A DNA stretch of 32,000 nucleotides from Nitrosospira sp. Is2 (GTDB lineage: Bacteria > Pseudomonadota > Gammaproteobacteria > Burkholderiales > Nitrosomonadaceae). The stretch lies in NCBI RefSeq assembly GCF_033095785.1, contig NZ_CP137134.1, forward strand, positions 2,311,774 through 2,343,773, written 5' to 3'. The notes beneath the pieces were generated by a model. The model had not been told where the DNA came from and made no database searches. It worked only from the letters and a program-made list of their open reading frames with translations. Of the stretch, positions 1-10,387 are shown one piece after another; position 1 is the stretch's first letter; every line of letters begins with the position of its first letter. Made by a program: the position numbers and the translations under genes.

Positions 1-1482
1 TATCGCATCAAGATCAAGGGGAAATACCCGCAGTTCCTGTACTGGCTGGCAATGCCTTTTTTTGCGCCCATCCCGTGGGAGGCGGAGCGTTTTTACGGTC
101 AACGCGGAATGGCGGAAAAAAACATCACACTGGACTGGTACCCCGTGGGTACTGGTCCCTATATGTTGACCGAAAACGATCCAAACCGCGTAATGATACT
201 TGAGAAAAACCCGAATTTTCACGGCGAAGCCTATCCGACGGAAGGCCCACCCGAGGACGTAGACGAGGGCTTGCTGAAGGATGCCGGCAAGCCGTTGCCA
301 TTCATTGAGAAAGTCATATACAGCCGTGACAAGGAAAGCATTCCGCGCTGGAACAAGTTCCTCCAGGGATACTATGACGCTTCCGCCATTGGTTCCGACA
401 GTTTCGATCAGGCAGTACAACTGACGGGGCAGGGAGAAGCCACAGTGACGGAAGCGATGAAGCAGCAGGGCATCAGGCTGGAAACCGCTGTGGCAGCGTC
501 CACCAATTATATGGGTTTTAATATGTTAGACCCGGTAGTAGGCGGTGTAGGTAAGCAGGGACAGGAGGCGGCAAGAAAGCTGCGGCAGGCGATCTCGATT
601 GCAGTTGATTACGAAGAGTACGTTTCGATATTTGCCAACGGCCGTGGCATTCCGGCGCAAGGGCCGATCCCGCCGGGTATCGCAGGCCATCGCGAGGGCA
701 AGGAGGGTGTGAACCCAGTAGTGTACGATTGGGTCAATGGACGTGCTCGGCGCAAACCGATCGAAGCTGCAAAAGCGCTTCTGGCTGAGGCGGGCTATCC
801 GAACGGCAGGGATGCCCGGACGGGAGCGCCGCTGGTACTGTACTTTGACGTTACCGCCCGTAGCGCCGAGGATAAATCAAGTCTCGACTGGATGCGGAAA
901 CAATTTCAGAAACTCAATATCCAGCTCGTGGTCCGAAGTACAGACTACAACCGTTTCCAGGACAAGATACGCAAGGGCAATGCGCAAATTTTCGAGTGGG
1001 GATGGAATGCGGACTACCCGGACGCGGAGAATTTCCTGTTCCTTCTGCACGGTCCGCAGCGAAAGGCGGGGAGCGAGGGCGAAAACGCCTCAAATTACTC
1101 TAATTCCGAATACAACCGATTGTTCGAGCAGATGAAGAATATGGAGAACGGCCCGGAACGCCAACGCATCATTGACCGCATGGTGAGCATCCTGCGTCGC
1201 GATGCGCCTTGGCTATGGGGTTATCACCCCAAGGAGTACGGGTTATATCACGCGTGGTACGAGAATGTTAAGCCGAACAGACTGTCACACAACAATATTA
1301 AATACTTCCGCATAGATGGCAGCTTGAGAGCCGAGAAACGGCGAGAATGGAATGAACCAGTGCTGTGGCCGGTTGTGCTGGTAGCAATACTGCTTTTGGC
1401 CAGCCTGATCCCCGCGGTAATGGTTTATCGCCACAGGGAACGGAGCGCGGGAATAACCAGCCGCGACATCAAGCCCGCTTGA
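1..1482 (+). CDS. ABC transporter substrate-binding protein, peptide/nickel (family 5) type; 5' end lies beyond the left window edge
   Basis: Frame 1 is open from nt 1 (YRIKIKGKYPQFLYWLAMPFFAPIPWEA...), so the ATG at 52 is internal. The WGWNADYPDAENFL-type motif and overall length fit SBP family 5. Two permeases and a fused ATPase follow directly. The C-terminus carries a hydrophobic segment (VLWPVVLVAILLLASLIPAVMVY) followed by basic residues. Confidence 0.85.
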   Translation, partial: YRIKIKGKYPQFLYWLAMPFFAPIPWEAERFYGQRGMAEKNITLDWYPVGTGPYMLTENDPNRVMILEKNPNFHGEAYPTEGPPEDVDEGLLKDAGKPLPFIEKVIYSRDKESIPRWNKFLQGYYDASAIGSDSFDQAVQLTGQGEATVTEAMKQQGIRLETAVAASTNYMGFNMLDPVVGGVGKQGQEAARKLRQAISIAVDYEEYVSIFANGRGIPAQGPIPPGIAGHREGKEGVNPVVYDWVNGRARRKPIEAAKALLAEAGYPNGRDARTGAPLVLYFDVTARSAEDKSSLDWMRKQFQKLNIQLVVRSTDYNRFQDKIRKGNAQIFEWGWNADYPDAENFLFLLHGPQRKAGSEGENASNYSNSEYNRLFEQMKNMENGPERQRIIDRMVSILRRDAPWLWGYHPKEYGLYHAWYENVKPNRLSHNNIKYFRIDGSLRAEKRREWNEPVLWPVVLVAILLLASLIPAVMVYRHRERSAGITSRDIKPA

Positions 1483-1505
1483 GCACCGCCTAAAATCAAG
1501 ATTAG

Positions 1506-2483
1506 ATGCTTAACTACATTGTCCGGCGTTTGTTTTACGCGATTCCAATTCTGATTGGCGTTAACCTGATTACTTTCACCTTGTTTTTCGTGGTGAATAC
1601 GCCCGACGATATGGCTCGGATGCAGCTTGGCATCAAGCGCGTGACGCCCGAGGCCATCGTCCGGTGGAAGCAGGAGCGTGGATACGACAAGCCGTTGATG
1701 TTCAATAATGCCGAGCAAGGTTTCTCCAAACTGACCCGGACGGTTTTTTTTGAGAAGTCGGTATCCATGTTTGCGTTCCGTTTTGGCCGGGCCGACGACG
1801 GGCGCGATATTGCCTATGAGATAAGAAAACGGATGATACCCAGTCTTTCAATTGCGCTGCCGGTATTCTTGCTGGGACTGGGCGTCTATATCGTGTTTGC
1901 GCTGACGATGGTGTTTTTTCGGGCGACGTATGTGGATTTCTGGGGTGTGGTACTATGCGTCGCGCTAATGTCCATCTCCAGCCTCTTCTACATTATCGGC
2001 GGACAATTCCTGATCAGCAAACTATGGCATCTCGTACCTATTTCAGGTTACGGCTACGGGATGGACGCTGCGAAGTTCCTCATACTGCCCGTGATTATCG
2101 GCGTGATTAGCGGCGCCGGAGCCAATACTCGCTGGTACCGCACGATCTTTCTTGAAGAAATGAGCAGGGATTACGTCCGCACCGCGCGGGCCAAGGGTTT
2201 ATCAGAGCGTATCGTGCTGTTTGGGCACGTGCTGAGAAATGCGCTCATACCGATATTGACTGGAACGGTGGTCGTGATCCCTTTGCTTTTTCTGGGCAGT
2301 CTCATTGCCGAGTCCTTTTTTGGCATCCCGGGTTTGGGGAGTTATACCATCGATGCGATCAATTCACAGGATTTTGCGGTGGTGCGGGCTATGGTTTTTC
2401 TTGGATCCCTGTTGTATATCGTCGGGCTGATATTGACGGATATTTCCTATACGCTGGTCGACCCCAGAATAAGAATGGAATAA
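1506..2483 (+). CDS. ABC transporter permease (DppB/OppB/YejB-like)
   Basis: 325-aa polytopic membrane protein. It starts MLNYIVRRL..IPILIGV like OppB/DppB and has the EAA-loop region (DYVRTARAKGLSERIVLFGHVLRNALIPILT). It sits between the binding protein and the second permease. Confidence 0.9.
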   Translation: MLNYIVRRLFYAIPILIGVNLITFTLFFVVNTPDDMARMQLGIKRVTPEAIVRWKQERGYDKPLMFNNAEQGFSKLTRTVFFEKSVSMFAFRFGRADDGRDIAYEIRKRMIPSLSIALPVFLLGLGVYIVFALTMVFFRATYVDFWGVVLCVALMSISSLFYIIGGQFLISKLWHLVPISGYGYGMDAAKFLILPVIIGVISGAGANTRWYRTIFLEEMSRDYVRTARAKGLSERIVLFGHVLRNALIPILTGTVVVIPLLFLGSLIAESFFGIPGLGSYTIDAINSQDFAVVRAMVFLGSLLYIVGLILTDISYTLVDPRIRME

Positions 2484-2505
2484 TGGAGCGATCGCGGCAG
2501 TTGTC

Positions 2506-4020
2506 ATGTCTTTCAAACCCGTAGTCCTGTGGACAGACGCACTCGTCTACCTGCTGGTAGCGGTTGTGCTCGTGCTTGTCTGGCATATACGGCGAAACGA
2601 GCACCTTCTGGCTCCGTGGCGGCGCGTGGGCCATAGCGCGAGCGGTATGTCCGCGCTCACGGTGCTGGTCTTCTTTATCATTACCGGATTACTTGATACG
2701 GTACATTTCCGTCCCGCTACCGAACTTGGCAACGGCGACAACGGCGCGGTTAGTGAGACAGCTTACAGCGTTGAAGTGCTGAGCTTGCTGGACCTAATTG
2801 CGGCTCCTCTCCGCACGCGCGTGGAAAAGACCTATTCCGCGCCGTTTGCCGCTCATCTGTATGCGCGCGAAACGGTAGAGCTTCCGGATGGCGGGCAGAC
2901 GCGCGAGTTTCCTCGACTGAAGTACGGCGGAGCGCATTTACAGGACCCGGAACTAGAGCTTATGCCGGACATTATGGCGCGGGCTGCGACGGGCGCAGTA
3001 GGGGGGCTGCTCCTCTGCGGTGTCCTGATCGCCTTGCTAGCTGTGACATTGGCGCGACAAAGAAATGAAACGTTCATGTCCGCACTTGCCGCGATACGGT
3101 GCCGTACCACCGCAACCCCATGGTACGCCGTTAGCATCATGCTCGCGCTGATACTGGTATTACTCGGCGCGGCATTGGCGTTGTGCAGCAGTTACCATAT
3201 ATTCGGCACGGATAAGGTGGGGCAGGACGTTTTTTATCTATCGCTTAAAAGCATCCGCACCGGGCTCGTGATTGGCACGCTCACCACATTGATGATGTTG
3301 CCTTTTGCGCTGCTCCTGGGTATCACTGCGGGATATTTCCGTGGCTGGGTGGATGATGTGATTCAATACCTGTATACGACGCTCAGTTCGATTCCCAGCG
3401 TTTTGCTGATTGCCGCCGCCGTATTGATGATGCAGGTATATATCGAAACTCGTCCGGAGTTGTTCGACACGGTTGCGGCACGCGCCGACCTGCGTCTGCT
3501 GTTTCTGTGCGTCATACTCGGGGTAACGAGCTGGACCGGCTTGTGTCGGCTGTTGCGCGGTGAAACCCTGAAACTGAGGGAGATGGAGTATATTCAAGCG
3601 GCCCATGCGTTCGGTGTGTCTCATTGGCGGATTATCAGCCGCCACATCCTTCCCAACGTGATGCATATCGTGCTGATATCGACGGTAATGGACTTCAGCG
3701 GTCTGGTTCTGGCCGAGGCCGTGCTTTCTTACGTAGGCGTCGGCGTGGACCCCTCCATGATCAGTTTTGGCACTATGATTAACGCCGCGCGCATGGAAAT
3801 GGCGCGCGAGCCGATGGTATGGTGGGCATTGCTCGCCGCTTTCAGCTTCATGTTTGCGTTGGTATTGAGCGCCAATCTATTCGCTGATGCGGTACAGAAT
3901 GCTTTTGACCCCCGAGCCAAGAACTTGTCGACAAGGGTTAAAGCCTTCCACCGAAAAAAAATCCAGAAAAAGCCAGAAGTTGAAACCGCTTCAGCGAGGC
4001 CCGAGGACTCATTTTTGTGA
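2506..4020 (+). CDS. ABC transporter permease (DppC/OppC/YejE-like) with a ~200-aa N-terminal extension
   Basis: The C-terminal ~275 aa carry the HIFGTDKVGQDVF motif and the EAA loop (EYIQAAHAFGVSHWRIISRHILPNVM). Residues 1-~200 add three further hydrophobic segments and a ~95-aa loop. The stop codon overlaps the next gene's start (TGATG at 4018-4022). Confidence 0.88.
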   Translation: MSFKPVVLWTDALVYLLVAVVLVLVWHIRRNEHLLAPWRRVGHSASGMSALTVLVFFIITGLLDTVHFRPATELGNGDNGAVSETAYSVEVLSLLDLIAAPLRTRVEKTYSAPFAAHLYARETVELPDGGQTREFPRLKYGGAHLQDPELELMPDIMARAATGAVGGLLLCGVLIALLAVTLARQRNETFMSALAAIRCRTTATPWYAVSIMLALILVLLGAALALCSSYHIFGTDKVGQDVFYLSLKSIRTGLVIGTLTTLMMLPFALLLGITAGYFRGWVDDVIQYLYTTLSSIPSVLLIAAAVLMMQVYIETRPELFDTVAARADLRLLFLCVILGVTSWTGLCRLLRGETLKLREMEYIQAAHAFGVSHWRIISRHILPNVMHIVLISTVMDFSGLVLAEAVLSYVGVGVDPSMISFGTMINAARMEMAREPMVWWALLAAFSFMFALVLSANLFADAVQNAFDPRAKNLSTRVKAFHRKKIQKKPEVETASARPEDSFL

Positions 4021-6179
4021 TGAGCCCGGTATTGAGAATACAAAATCTCGAAACCATTCTCTACACCGATACAACGGTGGTACATGCGGTGGATGGGCTT
4101 ACGCTGGAGATTGGGAAAGGCGAGACTTTCGCCTTGCTAGGCGAATCAGGTTGCGGTAAATCCATGACCGCTCTTTCCATAATGCGGCTTCTGCCCGAGT
4201 CGGGCGAAATTGTGGGAGGGTCGGTCAGGCTGGGCGAAAAGGATTTGCTTCTGCTGCCGGAAGCGGCCATGCGCGGCGTTCGTGGAAAGCGCATCAGCAT
4301 GATCTTTCAGGAGCCAATGCTAAGCCTGAATCCGGTCATGACCGTGGCGGAGCAAATCGGCGAGGTTCTTCGCCGCCACTTCGATCTTCGCGGTATGGCC
4401 GAGCAAGAGCGCATCGTGGAAATCTTGAATCAAGTGGGAATACCCGACGCGCCGCGCCGCATGCATGAATATCCGTTTCAGTTCTCGGGTGGAATGAAGC
4501 AGCGGATGATGATAGCCATGGCGCTGGCGGGACAACCCGAGCTTCTAATCGCCGATGAGCCGACGACTGCCCTAGATGTGACCATCCAGGCGCAGGTGCT
4601 TGACCTCATGCGTACTCTCCAACAGCGTGACGGTATGGCGATTCTGCTCATTACGCACGATCTTGGCGTTGCCGCCGAAATGGCGCATCGGGTAGGAATA
4701 ATGTACGCTGGCGAAATCGTGGAGACTGCCGCACGGGATGCGTTTTTTCAGGCTCCCGCGCATCCCTATTCGCGCAAGTTGCTCGCTTCCCTTCCGGGGA
4801 GAAACAGGCGCCGGCAAGGTTTGCGCCTGGCAGCCATAAGCGGGAACGTGCCCCCCTTATCGCAGGAATTTGTCGGCTGTCGTTTCGCGGACCGCTGCGA
4901 GCATGCATGGGACTTATGTCATGAGGCGGCACCGGGCTGGTCCATTGTAGCCGGGGAACATCACGTAAGATGTCATCTTTATGGTGCGGACGCCGGATCA
5001 CTCGCCGCCGAGCAAGCGTCCGGCCGGCAGCTCCGGGAGAACACCAATACCGTTGATAACCCTGGCGCTGTGGACGAGTTTACAGCGCAGATCGGGTCGC
5101 ATCCGCCTGCCGGTGCAACCACCACCGACGCATATTTGCTGTCGGTTACGGACCTGAAGGTCCACTTTCCCATCCGCAAGGGGCTGATGAAAAACGTGGT
5201 GGGATACGTCAAAGCGGTGGATGGCGTATCGCTTCACATTGGTCGGGGAAAGACGCTGGCGCTGGTGGGCGAGTCCGGTTGCGGGAAGACAACAGTCGGG
5301 AAGAGTATCCTGCAACTCATTCCACCCACCTCGGGCAGCGTACGCTACAACGGGCTGGAACTGGTAGGGCTGGAACGCAACCGGCTTAGACGCATGCGTG
5401 CCGAGTTCCAGCTAATATTCCAAGACCCGTATTCCTCGCTCAATCCGAGGATGCGCATCGTCGACATCATCGAAGAAGGCATTAATTCACTGAATGTCGG
5501 CAATGGAAGCGACGGAAGAGCGGCGGAGCTTCAGGCTGGGGTGTTTCCACGAAAGATACCGCAGCGAAAGATACCTCAGGGACAGAGTATGGATGCGCTA
5601 TTGGATAGCGTCGGGTTGCCGCCCGAAGCCAAGTGGCGCTATCCGCATGAATTTTCCGGGGGGCAGCGCCAGCGTATTGCAATCGCCCGAGCTTTGGCCG
5701 TCAACCCGAAGCTTATCATTTGCGATGAGCCCACCAGCGCGCTGGACGTCTCCGTGCAAGCCCAGATTTTGAATCTGTTGAAGGAATTGCAGAGCAATCT
5801 CGGCTTGGCGTATCTATTCATAACCCACAATATCTCCGTGGTGGAATATCTCGCTGATGAAGTCGCTGTGATGTATCTGGGAAGAATCGTCGAACGCGGA
5901 ACGGTGGATGAAGTGCTGACCAGCCCCAAGCACCCTTATACTCAGGCCCTGCTGTCGGCGGTGCCGGTGATCGAGCTCGAATCAAAACGCCATATTATCC
6001 ATTTGCACGGCGATCTTCCCTCACCTGCGCATCCGCCTGCTGGCTGTCATTTTCACCCCCGGTGCCCGCACGCCATGCCCGTGTGCCGAGAAATTTATCC
6101 CGCAACAAGCACATTTAGTTCAACGCATACCGCGCGTTGCTATTTGTATCCCCAGGAACAAGATTCTCAGCAAGCTTAA
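4020..6179 (+). CDS. Fused double ABC ATPase (DppD-DppF / YejF-like)
   Basis: Two complete nucleotide-binding domains are present. Walker A occurs as GESGCGKS (twice), the signature as FSGGMKQR and FSGGQRQR, and Walker B as [12 protein letters not shown] and [12 protein letters not shown]. Each half ends in the Cys/His-rich oligopeptide-ATPase C-terminal motif. A GTG at 4017 is an alternative in-frame start. Confidence 0.92.
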   Translation: MSPVLRIQNLETILYTDTTVVHAVDGLTLEIGKGETFALLGESGCGKSMTALSIMRLLPESGEIVGGSVRLGEKDLLLLPEAAMRGVRGKRISMIFQEPMLSLNPVMTVAEQIGEVLRRHFDLRGMAEQERIVEILNQVGIPDAPRRMHEYPFQFSGGMKQRMMIAMALAGQPELLIADEPTTALDVTIQAQVLDLMRTLQQRDGMAILLITHDLGVAAEMAHRVGIMYAGEIVETAARDAFFQAPAHPYSRKLLASLPGRNRRRQGLRLAAISGNVPPLSQEFVGCRFADRCEHAWDLCHEAAPGWSIVAGEHHVRCHLYGADAGSLAAEQASGRQLRENTNTVDNPGAVDEFTAQIGSHPPAGATTTDAYLLSVTDLKVHFPIRKGLMKNVVGYVKAVDGVSLHIGRGKTLALVGESGCGKTTVGKSILQLIPPTSGSVRYNGLELVGLERNRLRRMRAEFQLIFQDPYSSLNPRMRIVDIIEEGINSLNVGNGSDGRAAELQAGVFPRKIPQRKIPQGQSMDALLDSVGLPPEAKWRYPHEFSGGQRQRIAIARALAVNPKLIICDEPTSALDVSVQAQILNLLKELQSNLGLAYLFITHNISVVEYLADEVAVMYLGRIVERGTVDEVLTSPKHPYTQALLSAVPVIELESKRHIIHLHGDLPSPAHPPAGCHFHPRCPHAMPVCREIYPATSTFSSTHTARCYLYPQEQDSQQA
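5550..5579 (+). repeat. 15-bp in-frame tandem duplication (cgaaagataccgcag / cgaaagatacctcag) encoding [10 protein letters not shown]
   Basis: Read directly: the units at 5550-5564 and 5565-5579 differ at one base. They lie in a loop of the second ATPase domain. Confidence 0.9.
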
Positions 6180-6191
6180 GGAATATTCAGA

Positions 6192-7790
6192 ATGGTCAGT
6201 CAGGAAGTGGCGCGGCGTCGCACGTTTGCGATAATTTCTCATCCGGACGCGGGTAAGACGACGCTTACCGAAAAGCTGCTTTTGTTTGCCGGCGCAATTC
6301 ATATCGCCGGGAGTGTCAAGGCGCGCAAGGCAAGCCGGCACGCCACCTCGGACTGGATGGAAATCGAGAAACAGCGTGGTATCTCGGTAGCCAGTTCGGT
6401 TATGCAGATGGAGTACGCTGGCTGCGTCATCAACCTTCTGGATACCCCCGGGCATCAGGATTTCTCCGAAGATACGTATCGTGTCCTGACTGCCGTGGAT
6501 GCAGCCTTGATGGTGATCGATGCAGCCAACGGTGTCGAAGCGCAGACGTTACGCTTGCTGGACGTATGCCGGGCGCGTAATACGCCTATCATCACGTTCA
6601 TTAACAAGATGGACCGGGAGGTGCGACCCCCGCTGGATCTAATTGATGAGATCGAACGAACGCTGCGCATGGCGGCAGTGCCGTTTACCTGGCCTGTGGG
6701 CATGGGTCGCAGTTTCAATGGCGTATTCGACTTGCAGCGCGACCAGATGCGCGTTTTTCGTCCGGGCTCGGATCGGCTGGATGAGGATGACGAAATCATC
6801 CACGGTCTGGATAACCCCGCAATCGCACTTCGGTTTGGGGATACCGCCGCCGAAATGCAGCAGGAAATCGAGCTTATACGCGGGGCGTCCCCTGAATTCG
6901 ACCAAGCCGCCTTCCTTGCCGGGAAGCAAACACCGGTATTTTTTGGCTCGGCCATCAACAACTTCGGCATCTGTGAAGTCCTTGATGCGCTGGTAGGTCT
7001 CGCGCCGCCGCCGGGATCACGCATGGCCCTGCAGCGCGAAGTGCAACCCGGCGAGCAGAGGTTTTCCGGGGTGGTCTTCAAGATTCAGGCCAACATGAAC
7101 CCAGCCCACCGTGATCGAATCGCCTTCGTCAGGATCTGTTCGGGGCGGTTCGAGCGCGGCATGAATCTGAAAATCGTGCGTAACGATAAGGACATTCGGA
7201 CGAACGGGGTGGTATCGTTTCTCTCTCAGAGGCGGGACTTGCTAGACATCGCCTATCCCGGCGATATCATCGGCATCCCCAACCATGGAACGCTACAATT
7301 GGGGGATACTTTGACAGAAGGTGAACGCCTGCAGTTTACCGGCTTGCCTTTTTTTGCCCCCGAAATCTTTCAGACGGTGGAAATTGCGGACCCGATGCGG
7401 AGCAAGCAGCTCAAATTGGGACTCGCCCAATTGGGCGAGGAGGGCGCGATCCAGGTATTTCGGCCGCATTCCAGCAGTACTCTGCTGCTGGGCGCCGTGG
7501 GTACCCTGCAGTTCGACGTGGTGGCGCACCGACTCAAACACGAGTATGGCGTCGACGCGAGGCTCGTCCCCTCCAAGTTCCAGCTTGCGCGTTGGGTTAC
7601 CGCGGAAGACGAACGCGAACTCAGGCGCTTTATCGATTCCAACGCGCATCGGGTGGCGTATGACGCAGTCAACGCCCCGGCCTTCCTTGCATCATTTGGC
7701 GCTGAACTGAGCGTTGCCGAGGAAAGCTGGGAAACCATCCGTTTCCACCGAATGCGAGAGCACGCGGGGCTGGTATTTCAGTGTGCGTAA
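6192..7790 (+). CDS. prfC: Peptide chain release factor 3 (GTPase)
   Basis: 532 aa. The N-terminus RRRTFAIISHPDAGKTTLTEKLLLFAGAIHIAGSVKARK, together with DTPGHQDF and NKMD, forms a translational GTPase G-domain. Length and sequence are typical of RF3. Confidence 0.95.
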   Translation: MVSQEVARRRTFAIISHPDAGKTTLTEKLLLFAGAIHIAGSVKARKASRHATSDWMEIEKQRGISVASSVMQMEYAGCVINLLDTPGHQDFSEDTYRVLTAVDAALMVIDAANGVEAQTLRLLDVCRARNTPIITFINKMDREVRPPLDLIDEIERTLRMAAVPFTWPVGMGRSFNGVFDLQRDQMRVFRPGSDRLDEDDEIIHGLDNPAIALRFGDTAAEMQQEIELIRGASPEFDQAAFLAGKQTPVFFGSAINNFGICEVLDALVGLAPPPGSRMALQREVQPGEQRFSGVVFKIQANMNPAHRDRIAFVRICSGRFERGMNLKIVRNDKDIRTNGVVSFLSQRRDLLDIAYPGDIIGIPNHGTLQLGDTLTEGERLQFTGLPFFAPEIFQTVEIADPMRSKQLKLGLAQLGEEGAIQVFRPHSSSTLLLGAVGTLQFDVVAHRLKHEYGVDARLVPSKFQLARWVTAEDERELRRFIDSNAHRVAYDAVNAPAFLASFGAELSVAEESWETIRFHRMREHAGLVFQCA

Positions 7791-7883
7791 GACACCACCC
7801 AGAGGCATTGCTGCGCGCGATCTGATTGAAGAAGCATTCCTTCCACCGGGGTGTGTAGCCTTGGGGCGGATGGATCAAGCTTA

Positions 7884-8768
7884 TTAGCTGACTTCCGCCA
7901 GCAGCCTACCCGTCGTCTGTTCCGCCTGGCGAAGGTAGCCGCCCCCAAACAGATTGAGATGGTTTAGTATGTGATAGAGATTGTAGAGTGTTTTACGGGT
8001 CTCGTACTCGGGTTCCAGGGGGTATGCTTCCCCATAAGCCGCATAAAACGAATTCGCAAATCCGCCGAATAGCTCGGTCATGGCAATATCCGTCTCACGG
8101 TCGCCGTAATACACGGCAGGATCAAATACCACCGGTTGTCCCGAGTCGTCGAAACGAAAATTACCCGCCCATAAATCGCCGTGCAATAGAGAGGGAATCG
8201 GCTGCGGACCTGGAAAAAAATGGTCGAGCCGTTCCATCAATTGCTCACCTTGCTTCTGTAGCCTGCCCGTATAGCCATTCGCTCTCGCCAGCCTCAGCTG
8301 ATAACCCAGACGGCGTTCGCGCCAGAACTCTGTCCATCCGGTTGAGAATTTGTTGATCTGGGGGGTAGAGCCAATCGTGTTGTCGCGTATCCACCCGAAT
8401 TTTTGCGACGAGAAACGATGCATCGTGGCAAGTCGCTGCCCCAGGGCGATTGCGCCGCTCCGACCAGCATCGTTCATCTCCAGATACTCCAGCACCAGCC
8501 ACGCCTCAGTGCTATTGGTCCCCCAGCACAGTGGCGCCGGCGCACGCAGGGACCGGGATCCCAGGATTTCCTTGAGCCCTGCCGCTTCCGCCTCGAACAT
8601 GGCCAAGGCATCCGCGTTGTTCAATTTGACAAAAAACTCGCGTCCGCTGCCCCCCACCCTATAAGTTCGGTTGATGCAGCCGCCGCCGATGGACGCAACT
8701 TTCTCCACAACAAACGGAATCCCTTCTGAACTGGAGATCTGCGCGGCAATTTCGGTCCATGACGTCAT
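7884..8768 (-). CDS. Fructosamine/ketosamine-3-kinase family protein
   Basis: 294 aa. The LLHGDLWAGNF catalytic-loop motif and overall pattern fit the fructosamine kinase (YniA-like) family. The ATG at 8768 was checked on the sequence. Confidence 0.85.
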   Translation of the reverse strand: MTSWTEIAAQISSSEGIPFVVEKVASIGGGCINRTYRVGGSGREFFVKLNNADALAMFEAEAAGLKEILGSRSLRAPAPLCWGTNSTEAWLVLEYLEMNDAGRSGAIALGQRLATMHRFSSQKFGWIRDNTIGSTPQINKFSTGWTEFWRERRLGYQLRLARANGYTGRLQKQGEQLMERLDHFFPGPQPIPSLLHGDLWAGNFRFDDSGQPVVFDPAVYYGDRETDIAMTELFGGFANSFYAAYGEAYPLEPEYETRKTLYNLYHILNHLNLFGGGYLRQAEQTTGRLLAEVS

Positions 8769-8777
8769 GAATATACG

Positions 8778-10214
8778 TTATCCGCTTTGCAGCTGTTCGT
8801 CGCCGGCCAGCCATGTCCTTGCCCTTGCGATCGCCGCGCTTACCTGTACCGGCGCTGTTCCACCGATGTGGTTGCGGCTGTCGACCGACCCCTGAAGCGT
8901 TAGCAACGCAAAGATATCATCGTCGATTAGACTCGAAAATTGCTGCAACTCGGGCAGGCTGAGTGCGCTGAGGTCGCGGCCGCTTCCGTCGGAGAAGCGC
9001 ACGGCTTGGGCTACTGCCTCGTGCGCCTCGCGGAAAGGCAACCCTTTTTTTGTCAGATAATCGGCCAGATCAGTAGCCGTGGCGTAGCCCCGCATAGCCG
9101 CGTCGCGCATCGCGTCCCGGTTGACCCTAATGCCCGCTATCAAGTCCGCATAGATTCGCAGCGTGTCCATGAGCGTGTCTACCGTATCAAACAGCGGCTC
9201 CTTGTCTTCCTGGTTGTCCTTGTTGTATGCCAGCGGCTGAGCCTTCATCAGCGTGAGCAGGGCAATGAGATGTCCATTAACGCGCCCTGTCTTTCCACGC
9301 ACCAGCTCCGGCACATCGGGGTTCTTTTTTTGCGGCATGATGGATGAGCCGGTGCAGAACCGGTCGGGAAGGTCGATAAAGCCGAAGGAGGGGTTCATCC
9401 ATAAGATCAATTCTTCTGATAAGCGCGACAGGTGCGTCATCACGAGTGTTGCCGCGGCACAGAACTCAATCGCAAAATCACGGTCGGAAACCGCGTCGAG
9501 GGAATTTTCGCAAACCCCGTCGAACCCCAATTGTCGCGCTACCATTTCGCGGTTGATTGAATAACTTGTACCCGCCAATGCTGCTGCTCCCAACGGCAGT
9601 TTGTTCACGCGCTTTCTGCAGTCGGACAAGCGTTGAGCATCCCGCTTCAACATCTCGAAATAAGCCATGAGATGGTGACCGAATACGACGGGTTGCGCGA
9701 CTTGCAAGTGCGTGAAACCCGGCATCAGCGTATCCACATGCGCTTCAGCCAGATCGAGCAGCGCGCGCTGAAGCGCATGTATGAGATCAACGATATTGTC
9801 GATGGCGGCGCGCAGATACAGGCGCACATCCGTCGCCACCTGGTCATTGCGGGACCGCGCGGTATGCAAGCGCTTGCCGGCATCTCCAATAAGAGTGATA
9901 AGACGTTTCTCGATATTGAGATGCACGTCTTCCAGTTCCAGCTTCCAGGTAAACTCGCCGCGCCGTATTTCGTTCAAAATCTCAGCTAAACCAGACTCGA
10001 TCGCAGCCAGGTCATCGGCGCTAATGATGCCTCCGGCTGCAAGCATGCCCGCGTGGGCGAGAGACCCCTGGATGTCATACTCCGCCAGCCGTTGGTCAAA
10101 ATTCACCGATGCGGTGTACCGTTGCACCAGTTCCGAAACCGGTTCCGCGAAGCGCCCTGACCAGGTGGCGTTGGTGTTTTCGATCGACGCGCTGTTCTTG
10201 TGGGTGGTTGCCAT
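8778..10214 (-). CDS. argH: Argininosuccinate lyase
   Basis: 478 aa. WSGRF near the N-terminus, [21 protein letters not shown] (the fumarate-lyase signature) and overall collinearity fit ArgH. Confidence 0.95.
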   Translation of the reverse strand: MATTHKNSASIENTNATWSGRFAEPVSELVQRYTASVNFDQRLAEYDIQGSLAHAGMLAAGGIISADDLAAIESGLAEILNEIRRGEFTWKLELEDVHLNIEKRLITLIGDAGKRLHTARSRNDQVATDVRLYLRAAIDNIVDLIHALQRALLDLAEAHVDTLMPGFTHLQVAQPVVFGHHLMAYFEMLKRDAQRLSDCRKRVNKLPLGAAALAGTSYSINREMVARQLGFDGVCENSLDAVSDRDFAIEFCAAATLVMTHLSRLSEELILWMNPSFGFIDLPDRFCTGSSIMPQKKNPDVPELVRGKTGRVNGHLIALLTLMKAQPLAYNKDNQEDKEPLFDTVDTLMDTLRIYADLIAGIRVNRDAMRDAAMRGYATATDLADYLTKKGLPFREAHEAVAQAVRFSDGSGRDLSALSLPELQQFSSLIDDDIFALLTLQGSVDSRNHIGGTAPVQVSAAIARARTWLAGDEQLQSG

Positions 10215-10387
10215 TATTCTTGCTGGAATGGAAATATTAAATTTTCCAAACGCTCCTTTGCTATTTAAAGAACGCGAGTATAAAACAAAACATCCGCTCC
10301 CCCCATGCGCTGATGGCGGCCGTCGTTTTTTGACTCCAGCGGAAGAGCCGTTGACCGATTACGCTCGCCCGATATGGTCCGGTGCGT

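Noticed and set aside
4860-6130. Cys/His-rich motifs at the end of each ATPase half ([15 protein letters not shown]...RCHLY and [15 protein letters not shown]...RCYLY)
   Set aside because: These are the normal C-terminal domains of the oligopeptide/dipeptide ABC ATPase family, not a novel metal site.
6455-7081. 208-aa minus-strand ORF inside prfC, and the 9781-10536 plus-strand ORF opposite argH
   Set aside because: Both lie opposite highly conserved housekeeping genes and translate to Ser/Arg/Ala-rich low-complexity sequence.
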